Position numbers and translations under genes: made by a program. Positions 39,478 to 48,390 of a stretch of 64,000 nucleotides of DNA are shown piece by piece. Under the pieces are notes generated by a model. It saw nothing but the letters and a program-made list of their open reading frames with translations, was not told where the DNA came from and did not search any database. How positions within the stretch are numbered: the first letter of the stretch is position 1; each line of letters begins with the position of its first letter. The stretch comes from Sphingomonadales bacterium. GTDB taxonomy: Bacteria > Pseudomonadota > Alphaproteobacteria > Sphingomonadales > Sphingomonadaceae. The DNA is taken from positions 8,683-72,682 of the forward strand of contig JAGWPW010000056.1 in the NCBI GenBank assembly GCA_028870315.1, given 5' to 3'.

Positions 39478-39496
39478 GCCCCCGCCCTGCCCGGTT

Positions 39497-39829
39497 CTAT
39501 TGCTGACAGGCGGAATAATCGCCCGACCGGCAGGCAGCAACCGCGCGGCGCCATTCGGCCATCGCCTGGTCGTAATTGCTGCGGCTTTGCTGATAGGTCG
39601 CCATGTCCTGGCGATTGTACTGCCGGTTTGCCTGCCAGCCCTGCGCATAGCGGGCATCGCGCGCGCGGGTCGTCGCATCCTCGTGCATGTTCAGGCGGCG
39701 CACGATCGCCCGGTCGCGCGCGCGCGCGGCCGAATCTTTCATGGCTGGATCATGCGGATCGTCGGCGAAAGCACTGACGGGGACGAGCGCGCAAAGCAGA
39801 GCCGCGCAAACCATTGGTCGAACCCGCAT
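39497..39829 (-). CDS. Small secreted hypothetical protein
   Basis: RBS ggaga, signal peptide ending VSAFA, helical Arg/Gln-rich body, C-terminal AC..GDYSAC. Confidence 0.7.
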   Translation of the reverse strand: MRVRPMVCAALLCALVPVSAFADDPHDPAMKDSAARARDRAIVRRLNMHEDATTRARDARYAQGWQANRQYNRQDMATYQQSRSNYDQAMAEWRRAVAACRSGDYSACQQ

Positions 39830-39947
39830 CCCGTATCTCCCGTTTCGCGCAGCAACCGCTTTAGCCGCATCACGCAGCATTCCGCAAATCGGTTGCGAAA
39901 TCGTTCTCGTCGCCCGGCGCATCGCGGGGGCAGACGGGCGCGTGCTT

Positions 39948-40409
39948 CTAGTCCCGCTTGCGCGCGGCAGCCCCGACGGCGAGCGGATCGGCGAGCGGCG
40001 CCGAGGCGCCGAGCATCGGCCCCACCACCTCGATGACATGGCCTTCGGGATCGCAGATCACCGCGGCCCGGACACCGTGTTCGGGCCGGTCCTCGCCCGC
40101 GCGCAGCACGCGCCCGCCCGCCGCAACAGCGCCTGCGAGCAGCGCCTCGACATCGGCGACGTTGAAGGCAAGCCAGCATTCGCCCGGCCAGGCAGGCAGT
40201 GGCGGGGCCGGCGCCTCGGGAAACTGGCTGAGGATGAGCATATGGTCGCGGCTGTCACCACTCACCGAAAACCACGCCTGGCGCTGATGGACATCGCCCT
40301 CGCCGCCCTCGTTGCGCGCGACAAGGCGAAGACCGATCGCCCGATAGAAAGCCTCCGCCGCGCCGAGATCGGCAACGACAAGCTTGGTGGCGTGGAAACC
40401 GACGATCAT
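39948..40409 (-). CDS. VOC / glyoxalase-like protein
   Basis: KLVVADL.AAE.FY..IG, LAFNVADV, DPEGHVIEVV. Confidence 0.85.
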   Translation of the reverse strand: MIVGFHATKLVVADLGAAEAFYRAIGLRLVARNEGGEGDVHQRQAWFSVSGDSRDHMLILSQFPEAPAPPLPAWPGECWLAFNVADVEALLAGAVAAGGRVLRAGEDRPEHGVRAAVICDPEGHVIEVVGPMLGASAPLADPLAVGAAARKRD

Positions 40410-41254
40410 CGCTGCTTCTCCTTTCGTGCCGTATCGAGCAGCCGCCGTGCGGCGACAACACAGGGCGCCAGCCGTTCGCGCGGGCCGACGCCCGCTTCGG
40501 CGAGCGCACGCCGCGGAATTTCGAGCGAGACGGTGACGTCTTCGGGCAGCAGCGCGATGAATCCGGCAAGCGGCAGTTCGCCCTCGCCCGGCACCATGCG
40601 CTCATACATCGCTTCCTCGATATAGGTCGAAAAACGCGGCGCGAGCGGCGCATCGCAAAGCTGGACATAGCCGATCTGCGCGGGGTCGAGCGCGGCGAAA
40701 TCGGCAAGGCTGTTGCCCAGGCGGAAGAAATGCATGGCATCGATCAGCAGCGTGAAGGCGGGATGCGCGACCGCCGCGAGCAGTTCCTTTGCGGCGGCGA
40801 CCGAGGCGATCGGCCCGAGCGAGCCCATCTCGCCGCTGACCACAAGACCGCGCTCGACGGCAAGCGCGGTGAAGCGCGCGAAGGCCGCGGCGGTCGCGCC
40901 CATGTCCTTGTCGAGGCTGACGAGGTTGATCCGCTGCCCGCCAAGTTCGTGAACCAGATCGAGGTCGCGCGCGAAGCGTTCGATCGGCTGGCCGGGGACA
41001 TGCGCGAAGCCTTCGAACAGCGCGAAGGCAACCCCCGTCGCGCGCGCCGCGGCCATGCAGTCGCGGCGCAGCGCGGGATCGTCCCTCAACGACCAGCCGC
41101 GATAGCCATGCGGATTGTAGTTGCCGGTCGGCGCGAGCGACAGCGCGACGCTGGTGCAGGCGAGCGAGGCGGCAAGTCCGATGAATTCGACCGGCGGCAT
41201 GGCGAACACCGAAAGCCGGTCGATGCCGAGCGGTGGCTCCCTGCCTGCGACCAT
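40406..41254 (-). CDS. Sugar-phosphate isomerase/epimerase (xylose-isomerase-like TIM barrel)
   Basis: metal-ligand pattern E, D.MH, Q.CD, R.VPGEGELP, SLEIP. Confidence 0.85.
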   Translation of the reverse strand: MVAGREPPLGIDRLSVFAMPPVEFIGLAASLACTSVALSLAPTGNYNPHGYRGWSLRDDPALRRDCMAAARATGVAFALFEGFAHVPGQPIERFARDLDLVHELGGQRINLVSLDKDMGATAAAFARFTALAVERGLVVSGEMGSLGPIASVAAAKELLAAVAHPAFTLLIDAMHFFRLGNSLADFAALDPAQIGYVQLCDAPLAPRFSTYIEEAMYERMVPGEGELPLAGFIALLPEDVTVSLEIPRRALAEAGVGPRERLAPCVVAARRLLDTARKEKQR

Positions 41255-41311
41255 GCCCTCACCCCCCTTCCCCCGCGACTATCGCGAGGCGCGCCGCGTG
41301 GCGCAATCGCC

Positions 41312-41905
41312 TCAGCGATCGGCGGCGCGGCAAAAGGCGTAAACCGCAACCCGCGACAGCGTGGCAAGGCGGCGGGTTCCCGGCGCGCCGCCCGGAATTG
41401 CCGCCGCATCGGCCGCGATCGCCGCGCAAAATCGCGAATCGAGCGCATCGCGCAATTCCGCCGCCTCCTCAAAGCCGACGCGAATGACGCGCAATCGCTT
41501 GCGATGCGCCCAGCGATCGAGCGCGCCGTCGGCTGGGTCGGCGATGAGGAAACAGACCCGCCGGCCGGAAAGATCACCGACCCCGCCCGCGCGCGCCGAC
41601 GCGTAAAGCGCGACCATGCGCCGCGCAAGCGGCTCGTGGCTGCGGGTCCAGCCGTGCAGCCCTGCCGCTGCCGCCTCGGCAAGGCTCAGCACCGCGAGAT
41701 CGTCGCCGCGCGCGGCGCGCAGGTCGTCCGTCGTGCGATAGGGATGGAAGGCAAAGCCGATACCCCGCGCGCCGGCCTCGGCGCGGCACAGCGCGACCGC
41801 CGCCCCCTGCCATGCGCCGTCCGCGCCGCGCAGCGCGATCCCCGGCGCCTCGACCGCGCCGCAGCGCAGCAGCAGCGCCGAGGCGAGCGCCAGCCCGGCG
41901 GTCAC
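41312..41905 (-). CDS. Hypothetical protein resembling a shortened amino-acid ABC solute-binding protein (AapJ-like)
   Basis: LRCG...PG.....DG.W.G..V.LCRA, DL.G.RVC, R.CAA..D. GTG start overlapping the phosphoesterase stop. Confidence 0.5.
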   Translation of the reverse strand: MTAGLALASALLLRCGAVEAPGIALRGADGAWQGAAVALCRAEAGARGIGFAFHPYRTTDDLRAARGDDLAVLSLAEAAAAGLHGWTRSHEPLARRMVALYASARAGGVGDLSGRRVCFLIADPADGALDRWAHRKRLRVIRVGFEEAAELRDALDSRFCAAIAADAAAIPGGAPGTRRLATLSRVAVYAFCRAADR

Positions 41906-43989
41906 GGCGCCGGGCGGTTATAGGCGGGCAGCGTCGCGGGCAGCGGATTGAAACCGGCTGGCGGCGCGCGACGCCGGCCGAGCCGCAGATCCTCGGGCGT
42001 CATGCCGAGCGCAGCGCAACCCTTCGCACCGAAATGCGGCAGGGCGGCCACCACATCCTCGGGGATCGCCGCATAACCCGCAGGCAGGATCGGCGCGGCG
42101 CCGCTCAGCCGCGCCGGGTCGAAGCCGGCGAGCAGGCTGTCGGTGATGGCCGAATTGATGTCGCGCGGACCAAGGTATTTCTGGTGGAAGCCGGCGGGCG
42201 CGAAGGCGTTGAAGGCGGCGCTGTCGCCCTGTTCGAGCGCCTCTTTCTCCTCGGGCAGGCTGGCGAGCGGCATGAGTCCGAATACATCCTCGATGGTCTC
42301 GATCACCGCATTGTGATCGCCTTCACCATGCGCGATCGCATGCGCGCGGGCATAGGGCGAGATCAGCAGCAACGGCACCCGCACCCCGCGCGAAAGCGGC
42401 AGCCCGTCCGGCCCCCACGAAAGGATGCGCGGCGGCACATGGTCGTAAAAGCCATCGGATTCGTCATAGGTGATGATGATCGCGCTCTGCGCCCACAGCG
42501 CGGGGCGCGCGGCGATGGCGTTGATCACGCGCGCGGCCATCGCCTCGCTGATCTGGTGGTCCGAATAGGCGGGATGATCGTCATCGCCCGCCTTGCCCAT
42601 GGTGATCGCTTTGACGTCATCGCGGGTCAGCGCGCGCGGGAAGGCGGGGTTCTCGATCGGCGGCTTCAGGCCGGCGATATTGGCAAAGCCGCCGCGGATA
42701 TAGATGATGCCGCCGCCCTGCGGCAGCTTTCCGGCGGCGATGTCGGCAAAGAAATCGCCCTCGCCGCGCAGCGCCGGCAGGCTGTTCGCATTATCCGCCA
42801 GATAGCCGAAATATTGCGGTCCCTGGTGATGCGCGACGTAATGGTCGTGGGTGGCAACCCCCGGCGGATCGCCCGGCTCGTGGTCATAGCCGTTCTGGTA
42901 CCAGCGCCAGGCGACCGCGCCATGGCCGCTGGCGGCGATTGCGGCGATATCGCGGCGGATGTCGGCCTCATTGGCAGCCGGGTGGCGATCGCCCGCGAGG
43001 ATATGCGCGATATCGGCGCCCATCGCGGTCAGCGGCACGCTGGCGAAGGTGAGATTGGCAGCGATGTTGAACGACCCGCCGCGCGCGCCATAATTCTCGT
43101 GCGGCGAAGCGGGATCGCGCAGGCCATCGGGATTGGGATCGAACTGCGAGCCCCAGAAGGGGTTGGGGTCCGAGGTGAGCGGCACGCCGGCGGTCGTCCC
43201 CTGCCCGGCATAGGCTTGCGCCTCGACAACCCCGCGCATTGCACCGGTCTCGCCGCTGGCGCCATGCTTCACCCATTGCGTTTCGCCCGCCTGGCCGGCG
43301 ATCATGGCGATGGCATTGGGCGTCGAAGGCGTGTCCTCGGTCGCGAAAATCCGGTCGAACAGGGTGAAGCGGCTGGCATAGCGCCAGAAGAAGGGAATGG
43401 TGTCGCAATCGATATAGGACATCACCAGATTGGCGCGCTGGCGCCCGGCAGCGATCTCCCCCGGCGATTTGACCGGGCCGGTGTGGCCATCGAACTCGAC
43501 CTGCGCGAAGCCATCCATCCGTGGCATCGCGTCGCGCACGTCGAGTTTGCGGGCGAGCGCCTCATGGCCGTGATCGACGCTGTCCATCACCGTCGCGTTC
43601 TGTTCGGGACCGAGCCGGAAGGGCTGGACCTCGCGCATCGTGCCGGCGGCGTCGCGATAATGCTGGACAAAGCCCGGCGTCGCCCCGGCCGCGCGCGCGG
43701 TGCCGCGGTTCGAAAACAGGCCGTCGGCACCCGGAAAGCTGCCATATTCGTGATCGAAGCTCTCGTTCTCGTTGAAGATCACGAAGACATAGCGGATGCG
43801 CTGCCGCAGCAGCGCGATCAGCGCGGCGCGATCGAGCCGTGGCTCATGCGCCGCATCGATCACCATCGGCGTGATCGCGCGATCGCGGGCGGGCGGTTGC
43901 AGGGTGACCGTATCGGCGGGCACATCGGCAAGCGCGGCCGAAGCGATTGCCCCGGCGAGCAGCGCTGGCAGCAAACCCGCGTTGCGCAT
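41902..43989 (-). CDS. Secreted phosphoesterase (AcpA / phospholipase C superfamily)
   Basis: Signal peptide, IRYVFVIFNENESFDH, PSTPNA nucleophile region, DDHP, ITYDESDGFYDHVPP. Confidence 0.88.
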   Translation of the reverse strand: MRNAGLLPALLAGAIASAALADVPADTVTLQPPARDRAITPMVIDAAHEPRLDRAALIALLRQRIRYVFVIFNENESFDHEYGSFPGADGLFSNRGTARAAGATPGFVQHYRDAAGTMREVQPFRLGPEQNATVMDSVDHGHEALARKLDVRDAMPRMDGFAQVEFDGHTGPVKSPGEIAAGRQRANLVMSYIDCDTIPFFWRYASRFTLFDRIFATEDTPSTPNAIAMIAGQAGETQWVKHGASGETGAMRGVVEAQAYAGQGTTAGVPLTSDPNPFWGSQFDPNPDGLRDPASPHENYGARGGSFNIAANLTFASVPLTAMGADIAHILAGDRHPAANEADIRRDIAAIAASGHGAVAWRWYQNGYDHEPGDPPGVATHDHYVAHHQGPQYFGYLADNANSLPALRGEGDFFADIAAGKLPQGGGIIYIRGGFANIAGLKPPIENPAFPRALTRDDVKAITMGKAGDDDHPAYSDHQISEAMAARVINAIAARPALWAQSAIIITYDESDGFYDHVPPRILSWGPDGLPLSRGVRVPLLLISPYARAHAIAHGEGDHNAVIETIEDVFGLMPLASLPEEKEALEQGDSAAFNAFAPAGFHQKYLGPRDINSAITDSLLAGFDPARLSGAAPILPAGYAAIPEDVVAALPHFGAKGCAALGMTPEDLRLGRRRAPPAGFNPLPATLPAYNRPAP

Positions 43990-44041
43990 GGCTCTCCCTC
44001 TCCCCCGTTCCGTCGCCGCTCGCGCTCGCTATCGTCGCGTC

Positions 44042-44059
44042 ATGACGAAGGTGTGTCAG
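44042..44059 (-). promoter_or_regulatory. Candidate Pho box upstream of the phosphoesterase
   Basis: Minus strand CTGACAC-ACCT-TCGTCAT, 11-bp period, 53-70 nt before the ATG. Confidence 0.5.
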
Positions 44060-44111
44060 GATGCGCGCGCCGCGCAAGCGCTGGTGAGCATGCCCGGTGA
44101 ACCGGGCGTTG

Positions 44112-46559
44112 TCAGAACTTCCTGCCGACCTTCAAGCCGAATTCGCGCGGCAGTGTCGGATAGGCGCGGGCGAATTGCGCGCAGGTGGAAGGGATACAGG
44201 TCGTGTTGAGGCTGAGGATGCCGCGTTCGTCGAAGGCGTTGGTGACATAGGCCTCCCAGTGCCACAGCCCGAGCTGCTCCCCGAGCGAGAAATCGACCGT
44301 GGTGAAGCCGGCGGTCTGGAACGGCACCGGGGTTGCCGGTTGCGGCTGCACGAAATAGGCATCGGTGCCCGACTGGTGGTTGACCGAAGCCTGGAGATAG
44401 GGCTTGGCGCCTTTCCATTCCCAGTGATAGCGCGCGGTGAGATTGCCCTTGAACTGCGGCTGCACCGGCAGCCGCGTCCCCGACGGAATATAGATGCCCA
44501 GCGCGCAATTGGGATTGCCGGTGGTGTCGATATTGCAGAAATCGGTCTTGGTGCGCGCATCGGTATAGGCCGCCGATCCCGAGAAGGTCAGGTGATCGAG
44601 TGCGAGGTTGAAATCGCCCTCGACCCCGCGCGAATTTGCCCGGCCGACGTTGTAGATGCTGAGCACGCCGTTCGAATTCGGCGTCGTCAGGCTGATCTGC
44701 ACATTGTGCCATTCCTCGTCGAACAGCGCGAGGTTGACGGTCAGCTTGCGGTCGAACCACTGCGTCTTTGTCCCGATTTCGTAATTGATGATCGTGTCGG
44801 GGCTGTAGGGGTTTACCTGGGGCAGCCGGTTGATGCCGCCGGGACGATAGCCGGTCGAATAGGTGGCATAGACGAGCTTGGTCGGGTCGATCTTGTAGGT
44901 CAGGGTGAGGCGGTGGGTTTCGCCCGATTCATCGGCGATCTTGTAATATTGCGCGCAAGGCAGGTTGGGATCGGCGCTCACCGGGCAGTTCGCCAACCGG
45001 CCGGCGGTTCCCGAGAAGCCCTGCGATGAGTTCTTGGCGATGAACAGCCGCAGCCCCGCCTCGAAGGTCAGATTGTCGAGAATGTCATAGGCAGCGTCGG
45101 CGAAGGCGGCGTAATCGCGATCGACGCGAAATTCGCGCGAGCAGAAGATGTCGCTGTCCTGTCCCTGATACTGGCAGCGCGGCACCGGCACGCTGCCATC
45201 GCCGGTGACGAAATTGGGGATGTAATAGTCGGCGGAAATGCGGTCGGTCTGGCGCTGCATGAACAGCCCCGCGGTCAGCCGGAACGGTTCGCTTGCCGGC
45301 GAGGACATGCGAAGCTCGTGCGAGACCTTCGTGTAATGATGGTGGACGTGATAGACCTGGCTCGGATCGACGTTCTGGCCATTGGCGTTGTAGAAGCTGG
45401 TGTAGGCCGGCCCCAGCGATTCAAAATAGCTGACCGTGTAGCCCGAATAATCCTGCTCGGTATCGACCTCGCGGTCGAAATAGCCGCCGGCATAGGTCAC
45501 GTCCCAGTTGCCCAGCTTGCCATGGACGGTCAGCGCCGCCTGCACCCAGGAATCGTCGTTGTGCTCGGGCGTATAGTCCTGGACCCTGAGGTCGCCCGCC
45601 GGCGGATAGAGCGGATCATTGCCCGTCAGCGGCCCGTAGAGGAAGGTGCCATGCGCGCGCTGGTCCTGGTAGATCACGCTTGGCGTCACCGTCCAGCTGT
45701 CGTCGAGATCGATGCCGAGCGCAGCGCGCCCGCCATAGGTCTCGGTATCGTTGAAGTTCTTCTTCACATAAGGGGCGTTGCTGACCGCGACCGTGGTCGC
45801 ATTGCCGTTGACGTCGAGCGCCGGATAGGCACGGGTGCCGGGGATATTGCTGATATAGCCGCCGTCGCGCTCGTAGAAGGCCGAGGCGCGGAACGCCAGC
45901 CAGTCGTTGATCGGAATATTGACGAAGCCGTCCAAATTCGTCCCGAAGGAGTTCGAACCCTTGCCGAAGGTCGTGCCCGAGGCATCGACCCCGGCCTCGA
46001 ACTTGTGCGTCGGCTGGTTGGTGATGAGCCGCAAGGTGCCCGACAGCGAACTCGCCCCGAACAAGGTCCCCTGCGGCCCGGCCAGCGCCTCGATGCGGCT
46101 CATGTCGTAGAGATGGACATCGACCGCGCCGCCGATCGTGGTCAGCGGCACCTCGTCGAGGAACAGCGCGCTTGTCGGTTGCGAGCCGGCGAAGGCGCCG
46201 TTGTAATCGCTGCCCGAGGTGATGCCGCGGAAATAGATCTGCGCCTGGCTTGGCCCATAGGACTGGAACGAGACGCTGGGCAGCAGCTTGGCGTAATCGT
46301 CGAAATTCTCGACCTCATGCTGTTCGAGCTTGGCCGCGGTCAGCGCCTGGATGCTGATCGGAACCTTCTCAATATTCTCCTCGCGCTTGTTCGCGGTGAC
46401 GACGATTTCGGAACTGTTGGCGGCGCTCGCATCGGTGGCGGCGGGCGGGGCCTGCTGCGCGAGTGCCGAAGTTCCTGAAAGCGCCGTGCCCGAAAGCAGC
46501 GCCGCCATCGCGCCCGCCTGCCAAAACCCGATGCCGCGCGTTGCGAACCCCTTGCGCAT
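44112..46559 (-). CDS. TonB-dependent receptor
   Basis: Signal peptide, EIVVTANKREE, RIEALAGPQGTLFGASSLSG, C-terminal Phe (GRKF). Confidence 0.93.
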   Translation of the reverse strand: MRKGFATRGIGFWQAGAMAALLSGTALSGTSALAQQAPPAATDASAANSSEIVVTANKREENIEKVPISIQALTAAKLEQHEVENFDDYAKLLPSVSFQSYGPSQAQIYFRGITSGSDYNGAFAGSQPTSALFLDEVPLTTIGGAVDVHLYDMSRIEALAGPQGTLFGASSLSGTLRLITNQPTHKFEAGVDASGTTFGKGSNSFGTNLDGFVNIPINDWLAFRASAFYERDGGYISNIPGTRAYPALDVNGNATTVAVSNAPYVKKNFNDTETYGGRAALGIDLDDSWTVTPSVIYQDQRAHGTFLYGPLTGNDPLYPPAGDLRVQDYTPEHNDDSWVQAALTVHGKLGNWDVTYAGGYFDREVDTEQDYSGYTVSYFESLGPAYTSFYNANGQNVDPSQVYHVHHHYTKVSHELRMSSPASEPFRLTAGLFMQRQTDRISADYYIPNFVTGDGSVPVPRCQYQGQDSDIFCSREFRVDRDYAAFADAAYDILDNLTFEAGLRLFIAKNSSQGFSGTAGRLANCPVSADPNLPCAQYYKIADESGETHRLTLTYKIDPTKLVYATYSTGYRPGGINRLPQVNPYSPDTIINYEIGTKTQWFDRKLTVNLALFDEEWHNVQISLTTPNSNGVLSIYNVGRANSRGVEGDFNLALDHLTFSGSAAYTDARTKTDFCNIDTTGNPNCALGIYIPSGTRLPVQPQFKGNLTARYHWEWKGAKPYLQASVNHQSGTDAYFVQPQPATPVPFQTAGFTTVDFSLGEQLGLWHWEAYVTNAFDERGILSLNTTCIPSTCAQFARAYPTLPREFGLKVGRKF

Positions 46560-46724
46560 TTCGTCTTGCCCCCCTGAAAATTTGCTCCCTCAACCAGCAT
46601 ACTGCGCGGCCGCCAGGATTTATGCAAGCCGCTTGCTGCACTGCAACAACGCTTGCCCCCACGTTGTTTCCTTCGGGCCACAGCCGCGGTTTGGACCGCC
46701 CGGCAAAAAGCGCTAGCAAGCGGC

Positions 46725-48302
46725 ATGTCCCGCGATGCGCTCGACGCCCGGCTTGCCGCCGCCACCCGCAATCCGCAGTTGATGCGCGCAGCCCTGGCGC
46801 TGCATCGCGACCGGCTGGCCGAAGCCGAGCCGCTTCTGCGCGCCTGCCTCAGATCCGACCCCTTCGATGTCGCGGCCATCCGCCTTATGGCCGAACTCGC
46901 CGCCCGGCTCGGACGGCTCGATGATGCCGAGACGCTGCTGCGCCGCACGCTCGAACTCGCGCCGGGCTTCGGGGCCGCGCGGATCAATCTCGCCACCGTG
47001 CTTTTGCGCCGCAACCGCCCGACCGAGGCGCTGGAGATGCTCGATTCGCTCGATCTCGCGCATGACGAGGACAACCCCAACCTGCGCGCCGCGCTGCATG
47101 GCCGGCTCGGTGATTTCACGGAAGCGGCAGCGCTTTACGCAGCGACGCTCGCACGCTTTCCCGATACTCCCAAGGTCTGGCTGTCGTATGGTCATGTGCT
47201 GAAGACGATCGGCCGTTTCGACGAGGCGGTCGCCGCCTATCGCCGTGCGCTGGCGCTGGCGCCCGCTTTCGGCGAGGCTTGGTGGTCGCTTGCCAATCTC
47301 AAGACGCTGCGCTTTGCCGACGAGGATCGCGAGGCGATGGAGGTGGCGCTCGCCCGTGGCGGGCTTGCCGCCGAGGACCGCTTCCACCTCGAATTCGCGC
47401 TTGCCCGTGCGCTGGAAGATGCGGGCGAGCATGCCGCCGCCTTCGCGCGCTATGCCGCAGCGAACGCGCATCGCCGCGCGCTCGTCCGCTACGATGCCGC
47501 CGATACCACCCGCCGCGCCGCACGCATGGCGGAATGCTTCGATGCCGCCTATTGGGCGGCGCATGACGGCGGCTGCCCGGCGCCCGATCCGATCTTCATC
47601 GTCGGCCTGCCGCGCGCCGGATCGACGCTGATCGAGCAGATCCTCGCCAGCCACAGCCAGGTCGAGGCGATCACCGAACTGCCCGACATTCCCGAACTGT
47701 GGGGACGGCTGGGCGACGATCGCTTCAACCAGGCGCGCGGGCTCGATGCCGCGGCGCGCGGCGCGATCGGCGCGGAATATCTTCGCCGCATCGCCCCGCA
47801 GCGCAGGACCGACCGCCCGTTCTTCATCGACAAGCTGCCGAACAACTGGCTCTACATCGGCTTCATCAAGGCGATCCTGCCGCGCGCGAAGATCATCGAT
47901 GCCCGCCGGCATCCGCTGTCGGCGGGCATCGCCAATTTCCGCCAGCATTTCGCGCGCGGCCAGCACTTTACCTATGACCTTGCCGATCTTGGCCATTATT
48001 ACCGTGATTACGTCGCGCTCACCGCGCATTTCGACGCGGTGCTGCCGGGCGCGGTCCATCGCGTGTCCTACGAACGCATGGTCGAGGACAGCGAGCGCGA
48101 GATCCGCGCGCTGCTTGGCGCACTCGCGCTGCCGTTCGAGCCCGGCTGCCTTGCCTTTCACGCGACCGAGCGGCCGGTGCGCACGCCGTCTTCCGAACAG
48201 GTGCGCAGCCCGATCTATCGCGAGGGCACCGCGAACTGGCAGCCCTATGCCGCCTGGCTCGGCCCGCTGCGCGCGGCGCTCGGCGATCTCGACCAGTCAT
48301 AG
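46725..48302 (+). CDS. TPR-containing sulfotransferase (Sulfotransfer_3 / TPST-like)
   Basis: N-terminal TPR repeats, PIFIVGLPRAGSTL (5'-PSB loop), FIDKLP.N, RRHPL, VSYE, RTPSSEQVR. Confidence 0.9.
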   Translation: MSRDALDARLAAATRNPQLMRAALALHRDRLAEAEPLLRACLRSDPFDVAAIRLMAELAARLGRLDDAETLLRRTLELAPGFGAARINLATVLLRRNRPTEALEMLDSLDLAHDEDNPNLRAALHGRLGDFTEAAALYAATLARFPDTPKVWLSYGHVLKTIGRFDEAVAAYRRALALAPAFGEAWWSLANLKTLRFADEDREAMEVALARGGLAAEDRFHLEFALARALEDAGEHAAAFARYAAANAHRRALVRYDAADTTRRAARMAECFDAAYWAAHDGGCPAPDPIFIVGLPRAGSTLIEQILASHSQVEAITELPDIPELWGRLGDDRFNQARGLDAAARGAIGAEYLRRIAPQRRTDRPFFIDKLPNNWLYIGFIKAILPRAKIIDARRHPLSAGIANFRQHFARGQHFTYDLADLGHYYRDYVALTAHFDAVLPGAVHRVSYERMVEDSEREIRALLGALALPFEPGCLAFHATERPVRTPSSEQVRSPIYREGTANWQPYAAWLGPLRAALGDLDQS

Positions 48303-48316
48303 GCAAATCGAATGAC
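48296..48316. promoter_or_regulatory. LysR-type dyad (T-N11-A) upstream of the luxE-like gene
   Basis: GTCAT-N11-ATGAC perfect arms about 75-95 nt upstream of ATG 48391. A LysR gene lies in the same unit. Confidence 0.55.
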
Positions 48317-48390
48317 CGCGAGCCGGCGATCGGCTTTGCAGCGCCGGCCGCGCGGCGTAGCCTTCGGGCAAACCGCCAGAGGAGCCTGCC

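Noticed and set aside
46600-46670. Sigma54, NtrC or PhaR sites in the TBDR/sulfotransferase promoter (ttgctgcactgcaacaa, gcaagccgcttgc)
   Set aside because: The GG-N10-GC spacing is off by one, and the TGC-rich dyads match several consensus motifs only partially.
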